Below, in pieces: positions 10,535 to 20,353 of a stretch of 64,000 bases of DNA (position 1 is the first letter of the stretch; each line of letters starts with the position of its first letter). Made by a program: the position numbers and the translations under genes. Source of the stretch: Desulfobacterales bacterium (GTDB lineage Bacteria; Desulfobacterota; Desulfobacteria; Desulfobacterales; UBA2174). The notes below the pieces were generated by a model. It was given only the letters and a program-made list of their open reading frames with translations. It was not told the origin of the DNA and did no database searches. The stretch covers positions 320,001 through 384,000 of the forward strand of contig CAXXWC010000018.1 in the NCBI GenBank assembly GCA_963668645.2. Reading direction: 5' to 3'.

Positions 10535-11479
10535 ATGAAACCGATTCGCCAAATCGCCATTCTTGGAGCCGGCGCCATGGGCGCCTATTTTGCCGGCTGC
10601 TTCGGCCGTACCGAAGGATTTTCCACCCGCCTGATCGCCCGCGGGGCGCGCCGGGAACGGCTCGCACGCAACGGCTTGGTAATCAACGGCCGGTCTTTGT
10701 CACTGCCTGTGGTTTCGCCCGCGGACGGACCCGAACCGGCCGATCTGATCATCGTGGGCCTGAAGCATCACCATCTGGCCGATGCCCTGGAAGACCTCAA
10801 GGCCTTTGTCGGTGAACGGACCGTCATCCTTTCGGTGATGAACGGAATCGAAAGCGAAAAGATCATCGGCACCGCTGTGGGGATGGACAAGGTCCTTTAC
10901 GCCGTTTCGGTGGGGATCGACGCGCTGCGCGAGGGCAACCGGCTCACCTATACCAATCCGGGCCGCCATCTGTTCGGCGAGGCGCAAAACACCGAGATCA
11001 GCGAGCGCGTGCGCCGGGTTCACGAGGCGTTCGAGCGGGCCGGGATCGCCGGTGAGACGCCCCGGGACATGATCCGCTCCCTCTGGTGGAAGTTTATGGT
11101 CAACGTCGGCATAAACCAGGCCTCGGCGGTGATGCGCGCCCCATACGGCGCCTTTCAGGCCATGGCCGAAGCCCGCGAGCTGATGGACGCGTTGATGCGC
11201 GAGGTCATCGTGCTGGCCGGGCCGGCAGGCGTCGATCTGAACGCAACGGACATCGAGGCCTGGTTCGAGGTGCTGCCCACTCTCGCACCGGACGGCAAGA
11301 CCTCCATGCTCCAGGATATCGAGGCGGGTCGAAAGACCGAGGTGGAAATCTTCGCCGGCAGGGTGATGGCTTTGGGTGAGCGCTACGGGGTCTCCACCCC
11401 GGTTAACCGGACTCTGTTCCAAATCATCCGGGTGCTGGAAGCCGGCGGCCGGTCGCCTGAGCGCCCGTCGGACGGCTGA
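10535..11479 (+). CDS. panE: 2-dehydropantoate 2-reductase (ketopantoate reductase family)
   Basis: GAGAMG, VMNG, WWKFMVN, KTSMLQD...KTE. Confidence 0.85.
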   Translation: MKPIRQIAILGAGAMGAYFAGCFGRTEGFSTRLIARGARRERLARNGLVINGRSLSLPVVSPADGPEPADLIIVGLKHHHLADALEDLKAFVGERTVILSVMNGIESEKIIGTAVGMDKVLYAVSVGIDALREGNRLTYTNPGRHLFGEAQNTEISERVRRVHEAFERAGIAGETPRDMIRSLWWKFMVNVGINQASAVMRAPYGAFQAMAEARELMDALMREVIVLAGPAGVDLNATDIEAWFEVLPTLAPDGKTSMLQDIEAGRKTEVEIFAGRVMALGERYGVSTPVNRTLFQIIRVLEAGGRSPERPSDG

Positions 11480-11625
11480 AGCCCTACTTCGACGGGGCCC
11501 TGATGGGCCGGTCGGTCTTCGTTGACCGGGGCCGCGATTCGGCATAGGATGGCAGCCTGCCGCGCCGGCACAAGGGGGCTGCGGCGGGATTTTATCACAG
11601 GACCACATTTTACCGGGAGGACCCT

Positions 11626-11940
11626 ATGAAGAAGATGGTGTTGTTGGCAGGTTGTCTGGTACTCATCCTGGTGGCGGGCTGCGATCGGCTGGGACTGCGG
11701 CCTTCGCCCGAGGCTGCTGCCAAGGCCCATGTCGAGCAGGCTTTGGCCGGGCTGGCCGCAGATACCAGCGGCCTGACGGTAAAAGTCGTCGAAAGCGGCG
11801 CGGATCAAGCCGTGGTGCAGGTCACCGGTTCGGTCGCCATCGATACGGCGGTTCGTCTGGTGCGCCAAAACAGGCAGTGGGTGGTGGCCCCTGCCGAGAC
11901 TCCCGCCGCCGAAGCCCCTGCCGAGGCTTCTGCGCATTAG
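11626..11940 (+). CDS. Small lipoprotein, unknown function
   Basis: Signal peptide with LVAGC lipobox; GGGAGG RBS. Confidence 0.75.
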   Translation: MKKMVLLAGCLVLILVAGCDRLGLRPSPEAAAKAHVEQALAGLAADTSGLTVKVVESGADQAVVQVTGSVAIDTAVRLVRQNRQWVVAPAETPAAEAPAEASAH

Positions 11941-12049
11941 CCTTTGGGGTCCGCTAGCCGGTCCGGTACGGCCCCATCCGGAACCGGGACAAGCCGGCAC
12001 AGCCTGGGGCGGAAAACCGATACCCTTGAATCGACCGGAGGAGTCTAAC

Positions 12050-13018
12050 ATGTTCGAAACCCGCATCACCCGGATGCTCGGCATCCGCTACCCCATCATC
12101 GGGGGTACCATGATGTCCATCAGCACCGCCGATTTCGTGGCCGCCATCTCCAATGCCGGCGGACTCGGCATCCTGGCCTCGGCCATCTACCACAGCCGCC
12201 AGGAGTTCTCCGACGCCATCGACCGCATCCGCGAACTGACCGACAAGCCTTTTGCCGTCAACATCAACCTTTTTCCGGCCATGCGGCCCATCGACAACGA
12301 CGAATACGTCGGGGTTCTGGAGGAAAAGGGGGTCAAGATCGTTGAGACCTCGGGCCACTCGGCGCCCGAGACCCTCAGCCGGCGCTTCAAGGCTGCCGGG
12401 ATGACCTGGATCCACAAGTGCGTCGGGGTGCGCTACGCCAAGAAGGTCGAGTCCCTGGGGGCCGACATCGTCACCGTGGTGGGCTACGAGAACGGCGGGG
12501 CCACGGGCAAGCTCGACATCGGCACCCTGGTGCTGGTGCCCACGGTCAAGGATGCCGTGAGCGTGCCGGTGATCGGCGGAGGCGGGGTTTCCGACGGTCG
12601 CGGTCTGGTGGCGGTCCTGGCCCTGGGCGCCGAGGCCGCCATCATCGGTACCCGGCTGCTCGTCACCCGGGAATGCCCGATCCACGACAAAATCAAGCAG
12701 GCCCTGCTGGCGGCCAGCGAACTGGATACCAGCCTGGTGTTGCGCTCCATCGGGGCCACCCACCGGGTCTGGTGCAACCCGGCCGCCGAAAAATGTATCG
12801 AGCTTGAAAACGCCGGCGCCGGCCTGGAAGAATTGATCACCGCGGCTTCGGGCGAAAAAGCCCGCCAGATGTATCGCACCGGAGACCTCGAATGCGGGAT
12901 TCTCTCCTGCGGCCAGGGGATCGGCATGGTGCGCGACATCCCCACGGTGGCCGAACTCTTCGCGCGCATGATGGCCGAGGCCCACGAAACGGTTGGCCGC
13001 CTGAGCAATGACCAATGA
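12050..13018 (+). CDS. Nitronate monooxygenase / FabK-like flavin oxidoreductase
   Basis: TRITRMLGIRYPII, NAGGLG, PFAVN, GGGVSDGRG, GTR; GGAGG RBS. Confidence 0.85.
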   Translation: MFETRITRMLGIRYPIIGGTMMSISTADFVAAISNAGGLGILASAIYHSRQEFSDAIDRIRELTDKPFAVNINLFPAMRPIDNDEYVGVLEEKGVKIVETSGHSAPETLSRRFKAAGMTWIHKCVGVRYAKKVESLGADIVTVVGYENGGATGKLDIGTLVLVPTVKDAVSVPVIGGGGVSDGRGLVAVLALGAEAAIIGTRLLVTRECPIHDKIKQALLAASELDTSLVLRSIGATHRVWCNPAAEKCIELENAGAGLEELITAASGEKARQMYRTGDLECGILSCGQGIGMVRDIPTVAELFARMMAEAHETVGRLSNDQ

Positions 13019-13039
13019 TCGAGCGATAGGGGTGACCTG

Positions 13040-13798
13040 ATGCGATTGCTGGAAAGACTCTACACACTGTTCGAAGCCCAGGCCCGAAACGTGACGGTAC
13101 AGACCGTTTCAATCGGTCTGAGCTACACCGCCGTGGCCACCGATGACGGGGGGCTGGGGATCGCTTACACCTGGAAAGAGGCCGATCACTGCTGTCTGAG
13201 CGGCGGGGCCTATGTCGATTTCGAGGGGCGCCCGGCCATCGAACTGCTGGCCTTGATCCGTGACCCGGCCCCGCTGCAGCGCACCATGGCCCTGGCCCTG
13301 GTCAATGCCCTGAATGCGGCGCGGGCCTCGGGCCTGGCCCAGGATCCGGACAACCGGCAGCTTTTCGAGGATCTGGGGATCAGCGCCGGCACGCGGGTGG
13401 CCATGGTCGGCTATTTCAAACCGATGCAAAGGCAGTTCGACGCCAGCGGCTGCGAGCTGATGGTGCTCGACGCGGGCCGGCGCATCGGCAATCCGGCGCA
13501 GTTCCTGCCCCGGCTGGGCGACTGGGCCGATGTGCTGGTGCTCACTGCCACTTCGATCCTCAACGATTCCGCGGAAAAGATTCTGTCCCACTGCCGGCCG
13601 CAGGTGCGCACCGTGATCCTGGGCCCCAGCACGCCCATGGTGCCCGAAGCCTTTGACCATCTGCCGGTGGACCTGCTGGCCGGCAGCGCGCCCACCGACC
13701 GGGAGATGGTGCTGCGCCGCGTGCGCCACGGCTGCGGCACGCCCATGATCCAGCGCCATTGCCGCAAGGTCTTTTGCAATCTTCAAAGGCCGGCATGA
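13040..13798 (+). CDS. DUF364/DUF4213-type Rossmann-like protein (putative metal chelation)
   Basis: ALVNAL, VAMVGYF, LTATSILN, LGPSTP. Confidence 0.8.
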   Translation: MRLLERLYTLFEAQARNVTVQTVSIGLSYTAVATDDGGLGIAYTWKEADHCCLSGGAYVDFEGRPAIELLALIRDPAPLQRTMALALVNALNAARASGLAQDPDNRQLFEDLGISAGTRVAMVGYFKPMQRQFDASGCELMVLDAGRRIGNPAQFLPRLGDWADVLVLTATSILNDSAEKILSHCRPQVRTVILGPSTPMVPEAFDHLPVDLLAGSAPTDREMVLRRVRHGCGTPMIQRHCRKVFCNLQRPA

Positions 13799-13925
13799 CG
13801 CCGAACTGTTCGTCCGGTCCGCGCAGGTCAAGTCCGGTTTTCGCACCGTTGACAGCACCGGGGGGCGCGGGCCGGCTTGCGTTTGCGGGCGTGGATCCCC
13901 TGGCGCGGTCCGGGAAAGGTGATTC

Positions 13926-14549
13926 ATGGGGCTGCTGAATCTGCTGCTCAAAGATCCGCTGACGTTTATCCTGATCGCCGTTCCGCTTCTGTATGCGGTC
14001 ATTTTCCACGAACTGGCGCACGGGTGGGTCGCCTATCGTTTCGGCGACCCGACGGCCAAGTATCTCGGCCGGCTGACCCTCAACCCGATCAAACATCTCG
14101 ACCCGGTGGGCACCCTGCTGCTCTTTGTCTTCGGCTTCGGCTGGGCCAAGCCGGTGCCGGTCAATTTCAACCGGCTCGGGGGCGGGCGCCTGGGGATGAT
14201 GCTGGTTTCGGCCGCAGGGATCATCGTCAACATCCTGCTGGCTTCCGTTGCGCTTTTCGTCTACCGCCTGCTGTCGCTGGACGGCCAGACAGTGCCGGCC
14301 AAGATGCTTTTTTACTTTGCCAGGATCAACATCATCCTGGCCGCTTTCAACCTGATCCCCCTGCCGCCCCTGGACGGGTCCAAGATGTTGTTGAGCTTCG
14401 CCCCGCCAGCGGTCAAGAAGTTGATTCTCAGCCTGGAACGGTACGGATTTATCATCATCATCGCCCTGTTGTACCTCGACGTGCTGGATCCGGTGATCCG
14501 ATTTTTCCAGTCGATGATCATCGCGTCCATCAAACTGGTGCTGCCCTGA
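13926..14549 (+). CDS. Site-2 protease (M50 family)
   Basis: HELAH, GRLTLNP, FNLIPLPPLDG. Confidence 0.92.
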   Translation: MGLLNLLLKDPLTFILIAVPLLYAVIFHELAHGWVAYRFGDPTAKYLGRLTLNPIKHLDPVGTLLLFVFGFGWAKPVPVNFNRLGGGRLGMMLVSAAGIIVNILLASVALFVYRLLSLDGQTVPAKMLFYFARINIILAAFNLIPLPPLDGSKMLLSFAPPAVKKLILSLERYGFIIIIALLYLDVLDPVIRFFQSMIIASIKLVLP

Positions 14550-14561
14550 GGTGCCGCCGGA

Positions 14562-16436
14562 TCAGTAGCTTCCCAGAAGCTTGAGAAACTCGGCCCGTTC
14601 GGTCAGGGCTTGGCGCAGCGGTTCCATTTCCGGATCGTCGAGGTTGGCCTCCAGGTCGATGTAGAACATGTAGCGCCATGGCTCGCCGCTCATGGGCCGC
14701 GACTCGAGCTTGATCATGTTGATCCGGTTTTCGGCCAACACCTGCAAGATGGCGTAAAGGGCCCCGGGCTCGTTGCGTGCCGCGCAGATCAGGGAAGATT
14801 TCCGGGGTGTTTGCCCGTCGATGGGCGCCCGGCCCACCACCACGAAACGGGTGTAGTTGCGCGGGTTGGTCTCGATCCCTTCGGCCAGGACATCCAGGCC
14901 GTAAGTTTCGGCCGCCACCCGGTTGGCGATGGCCGCATCCCCTGGCTCCGCGCCGGCCGCAATCCGCTCGGCGGCCCCGGCCGTGTCACTCACCGCCACC
15001 CGCTCCCAGTCATGTTGATCGAGGTAAGTCAGGCATTGGCCGAAGACCTGGGGGTGGGAGAGTACCCGGCGCACATCCGCCAGTTGGGTGCCGGGCCGGG
15101 CCATGAGGTGGTGCATGATGCGCAGCTTGATTTCGCCGATGATCTTGACGTCGAAGTCGAGCAGATGATCGTAGTTCTGGTGGATGCTGCCCGAAAGGCT
15201 GTTTTCGATGGGCACGATGCCGAAGTCGACCCGGCCTTCGGCCACCGCCGCAAAGACGTCGGCGAAGGTGCGCTCGGGCACGGCCTCGACCCGGTCCCCG
15301 AAGTATTGCAGGCAGGCCTTGTGGCTGAAGGTGCCGATGCGGCCCATGAAGGCCGCCCGCCGCGGAGCCCCGTTGCCGCCCACATCCAGGCGCCGAATGG
15401 CGGCCGCCTTGTCGAGGTAGCCGAAGTCCACCTGCTTGCCCACCACCGGCGCGATGACGTAAAGGTCGCGCATCAGCTGGGCGAACTGATCCGGGTAGAG
15501 GCTCTGGGGGCCGTCGGAAAGGGCCCGGTCCGGATCGGGGTGGACCTCGATCATCAGCCCGTCGGCCCCGGCGGCGATGGCGGCCCGGGCCATGGGGGCC
15601 ACCTTTTCACGGATTCCGGTGGCGTGGCTCGGATCGATGACGATGGGCAGGTGGGTGAGGTTGCGCAGCACCGGGATGGCCGTCAGGTCCAGCGTGTTGC
15701 GGGTGTACGGCTCGAAGGTGCGGATCCCGCGCTCGCAGAGGATCACCCGCGGGTTGCCCTCGGAAAGGATGTATTCCGCGCTCATGAGCCATTCCTGGAT
15801 CGTGGCCGAAAGGCCGCGTTTGAGCATCACCGGTTTGCCCATACGCCCGACGCACTTGAGCAGTTCGAAGTTTTGCATGTTGCGCGCCCCGATCTGCACG
15901 ACATCGACATATTTCATCATCAGGTCGGCCTGGGAGATGGAAGTCATTTCGGTCACCACCGGCAGGCCGTAGGTTTCGCGTACCTCGGCCAGCATCCGCA
16001 GCCCTTCTTCCTGAAGCCCCTGGAAGGCATAGGGTGAGGTGCGCGGCTTGAAGGCCCCGCCGCGGAACAGAACCGCTCCGGCCTTGCGCACTGCAGCGGC
16101 TGCTGCCATGACCTGCTGGCGGTTTTCCACGGCGCAGGGCCCGGCGATGACCGTCAAGCGGTCGGCGCCCACCACTACGTCCCCCACCGCTACGTGGGTA
16201 TCTGCCGGGTGCATCTGGCGGCCGGCGAGTTTGAAGGCCGTTTTGACCGGTACCAGCTCGGCCACCCCTTCCAGGGCTCGCAGAAAGGTTTCGTCGATGG
16301 CCGCACCGCCGAGGATGCCGATGCGCGGCGGGTCGAATCCGGTCAATTCACGGCAGTCATAGTGATGCCGGCGCAGGGTCTGGAGCAGATCGGCGCGGGC
16401 CTGGGGCAACAGTTCGGGTTGCAGTTTGAGCATCAT
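14562..16436 (-). CDS. aroF: DAHP synthase (type I-beta) fused to prephenate dehydratase-ACT
   Basis: [34 protein letters not shown]; then PIENS, SHPQ, NYTRF, KLESRP (PheA PDT/ACT). Confidence 0.92.
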   Translation of the reverse strand: MMLKLQPELLPQARADLLQTLRRHHYDCRELTGFDPPRIGILGGAAIDETFLRALEGVAELVPVKTAFKLAGRQMHPADTHVAVGDVVVGADRLTVIAGPCAVENRQQVMAAAAAVRKAGAVLFRGGAFKPRTSPYAFQGLQEEGLRMLAEVRETYGLPVVTEMTSISQADLMMKYVDVVQIGARNMQNFELLKCVGRMGKPVMLKRGLSATIQEWLMSAEYILSEGNPRVILCERGIRTFEPYTRNTLDLTAIPVLRNLTHLPIVIDPSHATGIREKVAPMARAAIAAGADGLMIEVHPDPDRALSDGPQSLYPDQFAQLMRDLYVIAPVVGKQVDFGYLDKAAAIRRLDVGGNGAPRRAAFMGRIGTFSHKACLQYFGDRVEAVPERTFADVFAAVAEGRVDFGIVPIENSLSGSIHQNYDHLLDFDVKIIGEIKLRIMHHLMARPGTQLADVRRVLSHPQVFGQCLTYLDQHDWERVAVSDTAGAAERIAAGAEPGDAAIANRVAAETYGLDVLAEGIETNPRNYTRFVVVGRAPIDGQTPRKSSLICAARNEPGALYAILQVLAENRINMIKLESRPMSGEPWRYMFYIDLEANLDDPEMEPLRQALTERAEFLKLLGSY

Positions 16437-16512
16437 GGTGTGGCTCCTTTCGCTTAGTTGTGGCGCCTAACGCAAAGACCCCCGAAGGCTCGGTTCCTTC
16501 GGGGGTCTTTGC

Positions 16513-16557
16513 AAAAAGAAAACCCCCGGATGGACCGATTCGAAGTCCATCCGGGGG
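16513..16557 (-). terminator. Attenuator (Rho-independent terminator) upstream of aroF-pheA
   Basis: Minus strand CCCCCGGATGGAC-N9-GTCCATCCGGGGG then TTTTCTTTTT; a second 17-bp stem follows at 16472-16512. Confidence 0.85.
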
Positions 16558-16578
16558 CGCGCTCAGGCGAAAGCCAGG

Positions 16579-16662
16579 CTATACGTCCGGATGGACGCTT
16601 CTAAAGAAGAAAAAGAAGCGTCCTTCAAAAACGCCGAAAACCTGGGGGTGAATCTGGGTCAT
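16579..16662 (-). CDS. Phe-rich attenuator leader peptide MTQIHPQVFGVFEGRFFFFFRSVHPDV (pheL-like)
   Basis: 27 aa, 7 Phe including 5 consecutive; AGGAGA RBS; overlaps alternative hairpins; not in ORF track. Confidence 0.88.
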   Translation of the reverse strand: MTQIHPQVFGVFEGRFFFFFRSVHPDV

Positions 16663-16967
16663 GAGTCTTGTCTCCTGTTCCCTGCCTCATATCCGGGTTC
16701 TGGCCGCACTGTCAAGGAGAAAGGCAATCCTTCCCGGCAAACCCGAAACGGCCGGGACCAGGCTCGAAAGGCAATGGAGAGTCACGACCGTTGCTGTTAT
16801 GCGCTCGAAGCCTTTCTTTTGTTTCGCCGTTTTGCCGGATTCGGTTCTTTTTGATGTTACGGGGTGTTGTGGCAGCCGCCAGCCCCCCGGCCGCCCACGC
16901 CGCTCGGGCACGCAAACTCAGATAACGATCTGGAATTGTTCCGCTCGGGGTTGTCGCTGGAGAGATC

Positions 16968-18524
16968 CTAATCAGGCGCTTTTATCGAAGAATCCTGTTT
17001 CAGGATGCGATACAGGGTGGAGATGCTGATTCCCAGATACCGGGCCGCTGCTTTCTTGCCTTTGACGCTGTGGCCGAATTGTTTAAGCGCTCTTTTAACC
17101 TGTTTTTGTTCTGCATGTCTGCGCGCAACGGTCAAATTGGCTGGCGATCCGGGGTCATTTTCATTATCCAGAAAAGATTCATCCCCCAAGCTGCGCCCAT
17201 CTGTGGGTTCAAATCGGTGGGCAAGCATTTCCCGGGTGAGCATTCCTTCTTTGCAGAACTGGACCCCATATTCGATAAAATTTCTTAACTCACGGACGTT
17301 TCCAGGCCACGAGTAGGTCAAGAAAGACTGCATCAACTCGTTGGTTATACCGGATATCTTTTTACCTGCCCGGCCCATGAACTGGTCAAGAAAGTAGTGC
17401 GAAAGATCGGGGATGTCCATTATCCGCTCCCGGAGAGGGGGCGCCGTGATGGGTATGACATTGAGCCGGTAATAGAGGTCAGGGCGAAACAATCCTTTTT
17501 TGACGAGTGCGTGCAGGCTTCGATTCGTGGCCGCGATTACCCTCGCATTCACTGCGATCGTCCGGTTGCTGCCCACCGGCGAGATTTCATGCTCCTGGAG
17601 AAAGCGGAGCAGTTTGACCTGCATATTGAGGGGCAGGTCGGAGATTTCGTCAAGGAAGATTGTGCCTCTGTCGGCCAGCTTCAATAATCCCTTGCGGCCT
17701 TCACTCCGCGCCCCGGAAAACGCTCCGCCGGCATAGCCAAACAGCTCGCTTTCGATCAATGCTTCCGGAATGGCCCCGCAGTTGATTGCGATAAACGGTT
17801 CCTTGCAACGGCGACTGTTTTTATGAAGCGCTTTGGCAATCAATTCTTTGCCGGTCCCGGATTCTCCGTAGATCAATACTGCCGAATCCGATTGGGATGC
17901 GATTAGGATCTGATCTTTCAGCCGGCGCATGGGGAGGCTTTCCCCTATGATGGTCTTCCACCGGTTTTCGCCGATCAAGGCGTCTCGCATGTCCAGGGGA
18001 GAGAAGTCGTCTGCTTCTTGCCTGCCGATGATGCCGATTTCGTAGAATTGCTCGACTATCTGGCAGGTCAATCGAATCGTCTTTTCAGCCTTTTGCAGGA
18101 GATTGATCCGCTGGTGGTGATCGAATGCCACGATTTGCAGGGCACCGATCAGACTTCCGTTGAAGTGCAAAGGGCCGGTGTAGTTTGCCCGGTCGCGGCA
18201 ACGCTGTTTGATCGAACAGGCCAGACAGGCGTCGTCGGCCCCCGGGTTGAGGACCGCAGCCCATTGTCCGGACTGCATGCTGAAGCCCAGGGCCGTGTCG
18301 CTGGGAACGAAAAAGCCGTGCGCCTTTTCATAGGGGCCGGTTCCCGCCACGCACAGATAGTCGGTGTCGATAACGGCTATTTCAACCCCCAGCAGGTCCC
18401 CCAGGGTTTTAAGGATCGGCTGGACAGGCTTCCACCGGGCCAGCGAAGGCGTCTCGCGGTCGAGGCGAATATTATCCGGGCCTGCCCAAATCGGGCTGAA
18501 GTCTTGAACTTGGTAACTTCTCAT
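16968..18524 (-). CDS. Sigma54-dependent activator with N-terminal sensory domain
   Basis: [36 protein letters not shown], Fis-type HTH. Confidence 0.9.
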   Translation of the reverse strand: MRSYQVQDFSPIWAGPDNIRLDRETPSLARWKPVQPILKTLGDLLGVEIAVIDTDYLCVAGTGPYEKAHGFFVPSDTALGFSMQSGQWAAVLNPGADDACLACSIKQRCRDRANYTGPLHFNGSLIGALQIVAFDHHQRINLLQKAEKTIRLTCQIVEQFYEIGIIGRQEADDFSPLDMRDALIGENRWKTIIGESLPMRRLKDQILIASQSDSAVLIYGESGTGKELIAKALHKNSRRCKEPFIAINCGAIPEALIESELFGYAGGAFSGARSEGRKGLLKLADRGTIFLDEISDLPLNMQVKLLRFLQEHEISPVGSNRTIAVNARVIAATNRSLHALVKKGLFRPDLYYRLNVIPITAPPLRERIMDIPDLSHYFLDQFMGRAGKKISGITNELMQSFLTYSWPGNVRELRNFIEYGVQFCKEGMLTREMLAHRFEPTDGRSLGDESFLDNENDPGSPANLTVARRHAEQKQVKRALKQFGHSVKGKKAAARYLGISISTLYRILKQDSSIKAPD

Positions 18525-18756
18525 CGCTTTCTCATTTGTGAAAAAGGAAAAAGATCTATCTCAGATATGAGAAATTGACAACCCGGTTTTCGACTCGGCG
18601 GCGTGGTGCTGAAAGTCCGGATCTGAAGCGTCGGCCTGAACGCTCCGTTCCAACTGCAGCCTCCGGCGGCTGCGGGTGGGGCGGCGGGATATACGTACAT
18701 CTTGTTGCGTCGGTACATCCCGATCTTGCCCGGTCGGGATGGCTTAAAGGGGATAT

Positions 18757-18772
18757 TGGCATGGTCTCTGCA
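18757..18772 (+). promoter_or_regulatory. Sigma54 -24/-12 promoter for the downstream desulfidase-like gene
   Basis: TGGCATG-GTCT-CTGCA, GG and GC correctly spaced; divergent from a sigma54 activator. Confidence 0.75.
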
Positions 18773-18896
18773 AAAGGCCACGGTGGCAGCGGGTAAGGCG
18801 TGCTTTTCCCGCCGCTTTTATCAACCCCTGAATGCACCTTTGAAAGTCTGAATGTTCAATCAGCTTTTTATTCAACCGAACGGATGAGATGGCCTG

Positions 18897-20192
18897 ATGG
18901 ATCTGAACTCTTTTTTCGAAAACGAAGTCAAGCCTTCCCTGGGGTGTACGGAGATAGGCGCGGCAGCCTATGCGGCCGCGGCAGCTGCCAGGCATCTTCG
19001 CGAACCGGCAGAGAAGATCCTCCTGCGCATGTCGATTCCCATCTACAAGAATGGGGTCTCGGTAGGAATCCCGGGGATTTCCGGGCTCCGGGGCATAGGT
19101 CTGGCCGCTGCGCTCGGGGCTGTGGGAGGGGACCCGGACAAAGGGCTTGCCGCCTTGTCGGAGACCAGCGATAGGCACCTGGACAGCGCCAAAGCCTTCT
19201 TCGAACAGGGGCGGGTAACTGAAATCGTTGAAAAGGAGGCGCCCGACGTCTGGCTGGAGGCCACTCTTTTTTCCCGGTCCCATACCAGTGTATGTACCAT
19301 TTCTCACCGGCACGATGCCATTGTGCGTATTGCTGTGGACGGCCAAGACGTCTATCTGGAAGATGAAAATTCTCCCACTCCTGCCGACGACCAGTTGAAC
19401 ATCTTGAAGCGGCTCGATTTCGCCTCTCTTTGGAATCAGGCAATGGCCATCGATTCCAGCCTGGAGGAAACGCTGCTCGAAGGTGTGACCATGAATATCG
19501 AAGCGGCTCGACAAGGCGGGGGGATTTCAGACGGCCTGGATTATCAAGACTCGCCGCGCCCTGCCGGCTCGCAAAATGACCTGGGCCGCGCGATTTCGCA
19601 GGCCGCCGCTGCCGCGTCGCTTTTCAGGATGCGGGGCGGCAGATTGCCCGTCATGAGCAGCGCAGGCAGCGGCAACCACGGAATTACCGCCATTGTCCCG
19701 CTTGCGCTGGTGGCCCGCGATCTGAACTGCACCGGCCGCAGCCTGGCGCAGGCCGTGGCATTGAGCCATCTGGTCTGCGGCTACCTAAAGGCCTATATGG
19801 GCCGGCTTACCCCGACATGTGGCTGTGCCGTTGCGGCCGGAGCCGGCGCGGCGGCCGGAATCGTCCACCTGCACCAGGGAACGGCCGCTCAGGCCGAAAG
19901 TGCGGTGGCCACATTCGTTGCCGCCCTTTTGGGCATGATCTGCGACGGGGCCAAAGAGTCCTGCGCGCTCAAGGTCGGGGCGGCCAGCTTTGAAGCGTAT
20001 ATTTGCGCCATGCTGGCATTGGAAAACGAGGGCTTGAAAGCGACCCAGGGTTTGGTTCCGGCCCGCCTTCCCGAACTCGGACGGATGCTCGAAGCCCTCA
20101 ATGGACGGGTCTTTTCGGAGACGAACCGGGGCATCGTTGATTTGCTGATGGAGCAGGCTTCACTTGAGCGCAGGCGGCAGCCCGATGCTTGA
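18897..20192 (+). CDS. L-cysteine desulfidase-like protein (UPF0597 / serine dehydratase alpha family)
   Basis: PSLGCTE, SAGSGNHG, CGC, GMICDGAKESCALK. Confidence 0.85.
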   Translation: MDLNSFFENEVKPSLGCTEIGAAAYAAAAAARHLREPAEKILLRMSIPIYKNGVSVGIPGISGLRGIGLAAALGAVGGDPDKGLAALSETSDRHLDSAKAFFEQGRVTEIVEKEAPDVWLEATLFSRSHTSVCTISHRHDAIVRIAVDGQDVYLEDENSPTPADDQLNILKRLDFASLWNQAMAIDSSLEETLLEGVTMNIEAARQGGGISDGLDYQDSPRPAGSQNDLGRAISQAAAAASLFRMRGGRLPVMSSAGSGNHGITAIVPLALVARDLNCTGRSLAQAVALSHLVCGYLKAYMGRLTPTCGCAVAAGAGAAAGIVHLHQGTAAQAESAVATFVAALLGMICDGAKESCALKVGAASFEAYICAMLALENEGLKATQGLVPARLPELGRMLEALNGRVFSETNRGIVDLLMEQASLERRRQPDA

Positions 20193-20353
20193 AAGATGCA
20201 GTCACACCGGACGGAATCCTCGTCACGCCCGCATCTCAAATGACCATGCGGGGTCACCTCCGGCCTTGGCGGTCATGCGCCACTTCGATGGACCGGGTGC
20301 TGGGGTCCATGCCCGCAAACTTGAATCTGCGGGCATGGCGCCGGGGTGATCGT

